Position numbers and translations under genes: made by a program. A stretch of 64,000 nt of DNA. Source: Candidatus Fimenecus sp. (GTDB taxonomy: Bacteria > Bacillota > Clostridia > Oscillospirales > Acutalibacteraceae). How positions within the stretch are numbered: position 1 is the stretch's first letter; the number at the start of each line of letters is the position of its first letter. This document shows positions 27,653 to 34,788 of this stretch, one piece after another. A model generated the notes under the pieces. It ran no database searches, was not told where the DNA came from, and worked only from the letters and a program-made list of their open reading frames with translations. The stretch is from positions 109,253 through 173,252 of the forward strand of contig DAVZXP010000005.1 of NCBI GenBank assembly GCA_052298855.1. The letters run 5' to 3'.

Positions 27653-27846
27653 TATGGTTTCTCCTTAAGATTATCTCCCTAACCGACCATCTAACCTGGG
27701 TTAAATCGTTACATTATACTACAATAATATCATTTGTCAAGGATTATTTCTGGGGGTTATCTTTTGCTAATTTTATCTGATTATTATACTCTCAACCTAA
27801 CAAAATTTGTATCGCAATAGACAGAGAAAAAGGCTGGAACGGTATG

Positions 27847-27882
27847 AAAAATCCTCTGAGACGCTCGGTTTCAGAGGACTTT
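27847..27882 (-). terminator. terminator downstream of the island tRNA-Pro
   Basis: Hairpin tcctctga/tcagagga followed by T5 on the minus strand. Confidence 0.7.
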
Positions 27883-27958
27883 TGGTCGGAGTGGCGAGGC
27901 TCAAACTCGCGGCCTCCGCATCCCAAATGCGGCGCGCTATCAACTGCGCTACACCCCG
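27883..27958 (-). tRNA. tRNA-Pro (anticodon TGG), intact, CCA encoded
   Basis: 76 nt: CGGGGTG-TA-GCGC-AGTTGATA-GCGC-G-CCGCA-TTTGGGA-TGCGG-AGGCC-GCGAG-TTTGAGC-CTCGC-CACTCCG-A-CCA. All four stems pair. Confidence 0.9.
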
Positions 27959-28084
27959 ATAGTTATTAAATTGTGGTCGTGTAGGTGGTCAAATCTGTGG
28001 TCAAACACATTTTTGACTGCTTTTTTTCATTTTCCGAACCGCCCGAAATACGCACGGTTGAAGGATTTTCGGCGGTTTTCGCTT

Positions 28085-28148
28085 TCGTGCGGTGCGAACA
28101 CCGTCTATGCTCCCAAAGCAAGCGCGCTACCAACTGCGCTACACCCCA
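28085..28148 (-). pseudogene. 5' half of tRNA-Pro(TGG) followed by a degenerate 3' part, candidate attL side
   Basis: The reverse complement reads TGGGGTG-TA-GCGC-AGTTGGTA-GCGC-G-CTTGC-TTTGGGA-GCA. It then diverges (TAGACGGTGTTCGCACCGCACGAAAGC) with no valid T-arm or acceptor strand. Confidence 0.7.
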
Positions 28149-28284
28149 AAATATTGATTTTTCAAGTTTTTATATGCTTGTAAGTTTATATAAATCAGTC
28201 CGCTGTGTTTTACTTCTTTCAGCATACCGATAGATTATACAATAACGCAAATGAAATGTCAATAACAAGTACAAGCTTGACAGA

Positions 28285-28320
28285 AACATAAAACCCCGAA
28301 TAATTCGGGGTTTTATGTTT
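28285..28320. terminator. bidirectional hairpin terminator
   Basis: aaacataaaaccccgaa/ttcggggttttatgttt, downstream of the TM2 gene. Confidence 0.75.
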
Positions 28321-28327
28321 TAACAAG

Positions 28328-28708
28328 TTAAATCCATTTATCAGGGTTTACTTCGTACTTGTCTGTGAAAATCTTAACCGCATCAATAAGAGCAAGTATT
28401 CCGGAAATACCTGTCCAAGCAATCAGAATTTTAAGAATACCCTTTTTACTTTCGCCCAGATAGAAATTATGAATACCAAATCCGCCAAGTAAAAGTGCGA
28501 GTATACCGGCAGTAGTTTTCTTGTCACCGAGATCTCCGGATGCCTTTTTAGTGATTGCACATCCACAATTCAAGCACACAGAAGCCTCGGCGGGAACTTC
28601 ATTGCCACAATTAGCACAAAACCTGTTGCCCTCACCAACATTTGTGCCACATTTAATGCATACAGCTTGATTTTCGTTAATGGATTCTCCGCATTGTCTA
28701 CAAAACAT
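28328..28708 (-). CDS. zinc-ribbon plus TM2 domain membrane protein
   Basis: Two CxxC...CxxC ribbons (CRQCG...CIKCG; CANCG...CLNCG), then a TM2-like LLLGGFGIHNFYLG. Confidence 0.75.
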   Translation of the reverse strand: MFCRQCGESINENQAVCIKCGTNVGEGNRFCANCGNEVPAEASVCLNCGCAITKKASGDLGDKKTTAGILALLLGGFGIHNFYLGESKKGILKILIAWTGISGILALIDAVKIFTDKYEVNPDKWI

Positions 28709-28709
28709 T

Positions 28710-29156
28710 TTAGTTTTCCTCCCTGTTTAATATATATCCAGCCAAGCACAAAACAAAGGTGATTGCGCCTGTAAGATAACCCCAGCTAATTATCGAAAGC
28801 GAACCGTCAGCTATAAGATTTATTACACCTGTTAAAACAAGAATATCTGTTAAAACACAACTTATAAACGGTGCAAAGGAAGCGATTTTACTGAAAGTAT
28901 TTCTATTTCCTTTAATTTGTAATATCAAACCTGACACTGCGAGAGCAAGTAATGCCCAAAATACAATTATATACAATTCGGAGTTGTATTTTCCTTCGCT
29001 AAGTAAAGTGAATGGAGAAAATTTCTCATAATAACCGTGAATCGTTCCAAAAAAACGAGATAACATACGTTGCTTAAATTGTGGTACGAATACCCACAAT
29101 AATTCAGCGATTACAAATAAAACGCTTTGAATTATCCTTTTTGATTGCTTATTCAT
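28710..29156 (-). CDS. hypothetical integral membrane protein
   Basis: 148 aa with ~4 predicted TM helices. Separated from the downstream TM2 gene by 1 nt. Confidence 0.5.
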   Translation of the reverse strand: MNKQSKRIIQSVLFVIAELLWVFVPQFKQRMLSRFFGTIHGYYEKFSPFTLLSEGKYNSELYIIVFWALLALAVSGLILQIKGNRNTFSKIASFAPFISCVLTDILVLTGVINLIADGSLSIISWGYLTGAITFVLCLAGYILNREEN

Positions 29157-29178
29157 TTTTTATACCCCCAAAAATATA

Positions 29179-29257
29179 ATATGACAGTTTGTCATATTTA
29201 ACATTATATGACGAAATGTCATATTTGTCAATACTAAATTATGACATACTGTCATAT
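29179..29257. promoter_or_regulatory. three 19-bp palindromic operators in a divergent intergenic region
   Basis: ATATGACAgttTGTCATAT (29179-29197), ATATGACGaaaTGTCATAT (29206-29224) and TTATGACAtacTGTCATAT (29239-29257). Confidence 0.8.
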
Positions 29258-29270
29258 AGGAGGTGCTACT

Positions 29271-29480
29271 ATGAACAATCTTAAAAAATTAAGACAAGAA
29301 AAAGGGATAACTCAAATAGCCTTGCAAATAAAAACAGGAATTGAACAAGCTTTACTTTCAAAATATGAGAACGGCGAGCGTGTTCCACCGACAGAAACTT
29401 TGATGACATTAGCCGATTTTTATGATGTGAGTATGGATTATATAATGGGCAGAACAGATAATCCGAAAATCAACAAGTAG
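29271..29480 (+). CDS. XRE-family HTH transcriptional regulator
   Basis: MNNLKKLRQEKGITQIALQIKTGIEQALLSKYENGERVP. GGAGG RBS before ATG 29271. Confidence 0.85.
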   Translation: MNNLKKLRQEKGITQIALQIKTGIEQALLSKYENGERVPPTETLMTLADFYDVSMDYIMGRTDNPKINK

Positions 29481-29571
29481 CAGAAATTTTTCTCAATTTG
29501 TATTGAAAAATAATTGAAAATATTCTAAAATTATAGTGTATATTCTATTTAACATAATCGGAGGCGGAACA

Positions 29572-30750
29572 ATGAGACCTTACGGATTGATACTTGCAGG
29601 CGGCGGTGCAAAGGGCGCATACCAGATTGGTGCGTGGAAAGCGCTTATCGAGCTTGGAATTCAAATTGAGGCGATTGCAGGCACATCTATCGGTGCAATC
29701 AACGGCGCTTTTATTGCTCAGGGCGACTTTGACAAGGCTCTTGCTGTTTGGGAAGAAGCTGAAGTTGTCAACGGTATAAAAATTGAAAGCGAACTGAAAT
29801 CAACCGAAAATCTTTTCTCGTTCAGCAACTTTCCGCAGTTGTTCCATGAGATTGTAAAAAACGGCGGTGTTGATGTTTCGCCCGCAAGGCAGATGATTGC
29901 CGACTCGATTGACGAGGACACCGTAAGGCGCAGTAATATTCCGCTTGGAATTGTATCGTTTCAGCTCGGCGGTATGAAGCCTGTTGAGGTGTTTATCGAT
30001 GAAATGCCCGAGGACTCGCTTGTCGATTATCTTATGGCTTCGGCGAGATTTCCGGGACTTAACAGACAGGGTCCCGACGACTCTAATTATCTTGACGGCG
30101 GAATTTACGACAATGCACCTGTCGGAATGCTTCGTAAAAGGGGATTAAATCGCCTTATTATCATAGATATTTCAAATATCAAGGGCATGGGTCACAAGGA
30201 GGACTTGTCCTGTGCGGATTTGATTTACATCAGACCGTTTGAGCCGAAGGATCTCGGCGCTTCGTTTGAATTTGACAAGGAAATGAATGAAAAGCGTATG
30301 CGTATGGGCTATTACGATACGCTCAAGGCATTTGGTAAAATCGCAGGTCGTGACTATTATTTCTCTCACAAGGAGTACAAAACTATGCTTTCGCTCTATG
30401 GCTTTGACGCTTGTGAACAGCTTGAGGGGCTTGCCCGTGAGCTTGAAATTCCGAGGCTTCGCATGTATACTCACAAGCAGTTTATGAGAGCGTTGACTTC
30501 TGCCGAGAAAAAGAGCAAAAAGGAAAAAGAGAGAGAAAAGGCGAAGGTAAAGGAGCAGAAAGCCAAAAATGCTCAAGCGGAAGAAAACGAAAACGAAAAA
30601 GAAAAGGAAATCGGCGAGGTAATCGCAAATTTCGTTCCGTCTATTATTCAGGAAAAGGCGAGAAGATTTAAGGATAAAATCAAGGAGTATGAAAAGAGCC
30701 ATTCCTCGTACAAATCGGCTTATGAGGCTATCGACAAATTCAACTCTTGA
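29572..30750 (+). CDS. patatin-like phospholipase with a Lys/Glu-rich C-terminal tail
   Basis: GGGAKGAY oxyanion motif, GTSIGA (GxSxG) and the DGG Asp motif. C-terminal low-complexity KEKEREKAKVKEQKAKN. Confidence 0.85.
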   Translation: MRPYGLILAGGGAKGAYQIGAWKALIELGIQIEAIAGTSIGAINGAFIAQGDFDKALAVWEEAEVVNGIKIESELKSTENLFSFSNFPQLFHEIVKNGGVDVSPARQMIADSIDEDTVRRSNIPLGIVSFQLGGMKPVEVFIDEMPEDSLVDYLMASARFPGLNRQGPDDSNYLDGGIYDNAPVGMLRKRGLNRLIIIDISNIKGMGHKEDLSCADLIYIRPFEPKDLGASFEFDKEMNEKRMRMGYYDTLKAFGKIAGRDYYFSHKEYKTMLSLYGFDACEQLEGLARELEIPRLRMYTHKQFMRALTSAEKKSKKEKEREKAKVKEQKAKNAQAEENENEKEKEIGEVIANFVPSIIQEKARRFKDKIKEYEKSHSSYKSAYEAIDKFNS

Positions 30751-31219
30751 CTTCGCACATAAGCGAGATTATTTCGCTGTTTGTGTAGATGAAAAAGTCG
30801 GCGTTATCGCTTGAAAATGATACGGTTGAGTCAGAAAAAACAATTTTGCTTGCATCGAACGAATTTTTAGAGAAAAGCTCCGCTATTTCGTCGCTTGTTT
30901 TGTTGCAAAGCACACCGCACATTGCCGAAAAGACCTTAAAGGAATATTCCTCGTCGGGGTGCTCGGGCTGAGTTAATGTGATTTCGCAGCGGCGCACTAT
31001 TCTTGCTTCGTCGGTCGTCAGGGTAAGCATAAAGCACGACGACGGGAAATAGTAATAATCGTTTCCCGAATTATAATAGTCCGACGGCTCAATTATATTT
31101 TCGGCAAGCTGTGAATTAAGCCTGTCGGAGAACTCAAAAATGTCGGTTTTCGGCTGTTTTGTGCAGGCACAGAGGAAAACAAGCAGGACTGTTATTGCGA
31201 GGACATAAAAACGTTTCAT
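30740..31219 (-). CDS. putative lipoprotein
   Basis: Signal peptide ending LVFLCAC (lipobox-like); 159 aa. Confidence 0.55.
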   Translation of the reverse strand: MKRFYVLAITVLLVFLCACTKQPKTDIFEFSDRLNSQLAENIIEPSDYYNSGNDYYYFPSSCFMLTLTTDEARIVRRCEITLTQPEHPDEEYSFKVFSAMCGVLCNKTSDEIAELFSKNSFDASKIVFSDSTVSFSSDNADFFIYTNSEIISLMCEVKS

Positions 31220-31327
31220 TGTACACTCCTATAAATATTGTTAATAAAATGTTTACATAAGAAAAGGAAAAATGTAGTAAAATATATTCAGTATTTTTTT
31301 GCGTTATGTTCAAATTTATAAAAGAAA

Positions 31328-32917
31328 GTGGTTTTTGCTGTGATTAAGAAATTCAAAAACATGACAAGAGCAAGGCAGATAGGCACAATAATCGTAACAA
31401 TAGTTATTTTGGTGCTTATCGGATATGTCCTTTACACGAACTTTAAGCCCGAGCCTCTTCCCGAATACAATGTGACGGAAATCAAGCTCGGTGATCTTCA
31501 GTCAACCTATGAGACAACGGGTACGGTTGTGTCCGATAACACGGAAGCGTACACCGCAATAACTGGCGTTAAGGTTACGGCTGTAAATGTCAAGGTCGGC
31601 GATAGCGTTAAAGCAGGCGATGTTCTCGCTCAGTTTGACGTTTCAACGCTCAATTCTCAGCTTAAAGAGTATAAAACCGCTTATGATAAGGCGCTCAAGG
31701 CTTATAACGATTCCGTTTCGTCAACAAATGCCGCAAAGCAGAATAAGGCGAACGCCGCAGCGCAGATGAACACCGTCAATTCTGAAATTGCTCGTCTTGA
31801 GCAGGAAATCAAGGCTGCCGAGGACACAAAAAATCAAACTCCGGACACTCCCGAATATTCGCAGGAGCAGCTTGACGCACTTATTCAAAAACTTAAGGAC
31901 AGCGGATTTTCAAAGGAAGAAATAGATAAAATCATCGAGTCGCTCAAGAATTCCTCGGGCGGAATCACAAAAGAGGATATTGAGTCGGCTATTGCAAACG
32001 CAACCGCTACAAAGAAGCTTGAGCTTGCACAGAAGCAGTCGCAAAAGCAAATGCTCGAAGCACAGCTTGCGCTTTATGAAGCACAGTCGGACGAAACAGC
32101 TTCTTCGATTTACAAGAACGTAATGGAGCAGAAAAAGACGGACTACGAAAGCTACAAGGCTTTGGTTGACTCAATGAAAAACGGCTGGGTAGCAAGCTCT
32201 GACGGACTTGTTACGGAGGTAAATCTCGTTGCAGGTCAAGCCTTTACTCCCAAAGCTTCAAAATCCACGACAACAGACCTTTCTTCGATTATGAAATATG
32301 TTTCGGGCAATAACGATATGACCTCGGTGCTCTCCGACATAATCGGCAGCGTAACCGACGGCAATGCCTCTTCGGGTACGGGTATTACCCTTGAAAATAC
32401 AAATGAATTTGTCGCAGAGTTTTCAGTCGGCAAATATGATATTTTGAGCATTAAGGTTGGACAGAGGGTTAAAATTTCTTCTCTCGGCAGCGATTATGAG
32501 GGCGAGGTTATATACGTCAGCGCAACCGCAAGCGAGTCCTCGTCACTTGACATAAGCTCAATCGCTTCCACCTTTACAGGCGGCTCTTCTTCGTCTTCAA
32601 ACGGTGCACTTGTAAGAGTCAAAATAAACAATCCCGATGAGAAAATCATTATCGGCTTCGACGTCGATATTAAAATCGATACCGAAAAGATAGAAAACGT
32701 TATGGTGCTTCCCATTGATGCGGTTGTGACCGAGGACTCGACAAACTTTGTTTATGTAGTTGACGAAAACAACAAGGTTTCAAAGCGTGAGATTACAGTC
32801 GGCAGATTTTCAGACGATAATTATGAGCTTCTCACAGGCGTAGAGCAGGGAGAAAGAGTTGTTGACAATCCCAAGACCTCAATGGCAGAGGGCGACAAAA
32901 TCGCAATAAAGAAATAA
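31328..32917 (+). CDS. efflux transporter periplasmic adaptor (HlyD/MacA-type membrane fusion protein)
   Basis: N-terminal TM helix, lipoyl-like hairpin VKVGDSVKAGDVLAQFD, a long coiled coil and a beta-barrel C-terminus. The start is uncertain (31328-31361). Confidence 0.75.
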   Translation: MVFAVIKKFKNMTRARQIGTIIVTIVILVLIGYVLYTNFKPEPLPEYNVTEIKLGDLQSTYETTGTVVSDNTEAYTAITGVKVTAVNVKVGDSVKAGDVLAQFDVSTLNSQLKEYKTAYDKALKAYNDSVSSTNAAKQNKANAAAQMNTVNSEIARLEQEIKAAEDTKNQTPDTPEYSQEQLDALIQKLKDSGFSKEEIDKIIESLKNSSGGITKEDIESAIANATATKKLELAQKQSQKQMLEAQLALYEAQSDETASSIYKNVMEQKKTDYESYKALVDSMKNGWVASSDGLVTEVNLVAGQAFTPKASKSTTTDLSSIMKYVSGNNDMTSVLSDIIGSVTDGNASSGTGITLENTNEFVAEFSVGKYDILSIKVGQRVKISSLGSDYEGEVIYVSATASESSSLDISSIASTFTGGSSSSSNGALVRVKINNPDEKIIIGFDVDIKIDTEKIENVMVLPIDAVVTEDSTNFVYVVDENNKVSKREITVGRFSDDNYELLTGVEQGERVVDNPKTSMAEGDKIAIKK

Positions 32918-32932
32918 GGTAGGTGCTGTCTG

Positions 32933-34174
32933 TTGAATATCAAAGAAAACATCAGAATAGCAATATTCAGCATCAAGACCAATCTTATGCGCTCGTTGCT
33001 GACAATGCTCGGCATTATAATCGGCGTTGCCTCGGTTATTGCGGTAATCACGGTCGGTAACGGCGGCAGGGATTATATCGTCGGTATGATCAAGGATATG
33101 GGCTCGAACGCTATAACAATCGGTGTTGACGCTACAACCGCTTCAAATTCCGACTATATCACGGACGGCGATATTGAAGCTATCAAGGCTCTTGACGCTG
33201 TTCAGTACGTTTCGCCGATGGTAATGTCAATGGGCTCACTCAATGCAGGCGACGAAACGGGAATCGGCTTGCTCATAGGCGGTAATGAGGAAATGCGTTA
33301 CGTTATGAGCGGTGAATGTGTTTACGGCAGATATTACACAAAGGCCGAAGCGGATTCGGGAAAGGCTGTATGCGTTATCGATATTTCAAGTGCCTTGCAG
33401 TTCTTCGGCAAGAAAAATTGCGTCGGCGAGTACATTAACTACACCGCAAACGGAATTACCGTCAGCATAAAGGTTATCGGTGTTACGGATATGGCAAGTG
33501 CTTTTGGCTCGGACTCCGAAAAGATGCTTGAATCTATGAAAGCTTTGGGCAATTCCACGCTTTCGGGCGGTATGATTATGGTGCCGACTAAATTTGCTAC
33601 GAACGTTATCGGTATGAGTGACCGCTATGACACGATTTATATTATAGCGAGTGACGAAAACGATCTTGATGCGGCAGGAAGTGCTGCACTTAACAGAATA
33701 AGAGCAAGGCATAACAACCACGATAAAGATGTATATTTGCTTACAAATATGGCGACATATATCAATCTTTTGGATACGGTAATCAACGTGTTCACAATAT
33801 TTATTGCCGCAGTCAGCGCAATTTCGCTTGTTGTCGGCGGTATCGGCGTAATGAACATAATGCTTGTTTCAATAACCGAGCGAACGAGGGAGATAGGTAT
33901 TCGAAAGGCGCTCGGCGCAAAGACCTCGACTATATTGTTCCAGTTCCTCACAGAGTCGATAATCCTTTGCGTAATCGGCGGTGCGATAGGTTTGCTGTTG
34001 GGTGTTTCGGGTGCGGCGCTTGTTTCGTCGATTATGAAAATTCCGCTTGCCGTTAAAGCCTCAACCGTTGCGCTTGCAATCGGATTTTCAACTCTTATCG
34101 GTGTAGTGTTCGGTGTTTACCCTGCAAGACGGGCAGCAAAAATGCCACCTATCGAAGCTTTGAGAAGAGATTGA
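32933..34174 (+). CDS. MacB-type ABC transporter permease (MacB_PCD plus FtsX)
   Basis: N-terminal TM helix, a periplasmic domain, then the C-terminal FtsX 3-TM bundle with ITERTREIGIRKALGA. TTG start. Confidence 0.82.
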   Translation: MNIKENIRIAIFSIKTNLMRSLLTMLGIIIGVASVIAVITVGNGGRDYIVGMIKDMGSNAITIGVDATTASNSDYITDGDIEAIKALDAVQYVSPMVMSMGSLNAGDETGIGLLIGGNEEMRYVMSGECVYGRYYTKAEADSGKAVCVIDISSALQFFGKKNCVGEYINYTANGITVSIKVIGVTDMASAFGSDSEKMLESMKALGNSTLSGGMIMVPTKFATNVIGMSDRYDTIYIIASDENDLDAAGSAALNRIRARHNNHDKDVYLLTNMATYINLLDTVINVFTIFIAAVSAISLVVGGIGVMNIMLVSITERTREIGIRKALGAKTSTILFQFLTESIILCVIGGAIGLLLGVSGAALVSSIMKIPLAVKASTVALAIGFSTLIGVVFGVYPARRAAKMPPIEALRRD

Positions 34175-34785
34175 CAGACGGCGAAATTTATATTTTTTAT
34201 TATTTAACGGGTACTTTTACAAAGTACCCGTTTTTAATACCCTTTAGCCTCCCCAAATTTCCTCGTTCAGCGAAGAGCGTGGGCTTGCTCCCGCCCTACC
34301 ACGTCGTCGTTTACGCCGTATCGTTCGCAACAGCCTTTGGCTGTTTCTCACTCACTATGCAACTCCTCCTCTTCCGCAAAAATCACGCTCGGCTCGCCTG
34401 TTCGGTTGTAAACGCCCTCGCAACGGCTCGCTGTCGCTACCGACTTTTGCGGATTTTGGACAACCGCATATTTAGGCTCCCTCTGACGGGCAACATATGC
34501 GACCGCCGCCTGTGACGGATAAAGGGAGCATCTGTTGGCGTAGCGGCCGATTTTGTGCGGCGCTCCAAGCCGCATAAACAAAATCGGGATACAGCAAGAG
34601 GGCAATAGTTGTCATTTTTCTGCGAAAAACGACAGCTCCATCGTCAGAGGGAGCTGTGTCGGACAACCGCAAGGGTTGTCCCTACGGTTGTGCGAATATT
34701 TTAATATCATATCAGCCAAAAATTATCATACATCAACAACAATAAAAAGGGCGAACTGTGTTCGCCCTTTGATAAATTTAATTTA
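34175..34785. repeat. mosaic REP-like repeat cluster 3
   Basis: Has the ~155-nt module at 34301-34455 and a ~133-nt module at 34475-34607 (an inverted copy of 61331-61462). Hairpins lie at 34661-34685 and 34746-34768, the latter an agggcgaactgtgttcgccct stem. Confidence 0.9.
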
Positions 34786-34788
34786 TTG

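Larger units (their letters stand above)
13251..28107. mobile_element. ~14.9-kb integrative genomic island inserted in tRNA-Pro(TGG)
   Basis: Flanked by the two halves of one tRNA-Pro sharing a 10-bp direct repeat, tgctcccaaa (13241-13250 and 28108-28117). Contains an Xis-like HTH, two tyrosine integrases, phased GTGGTC repeats near both ends, foreign-looking AT-rich R-M cargo and its own tRNA-Pro. Confidence 0.7.
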
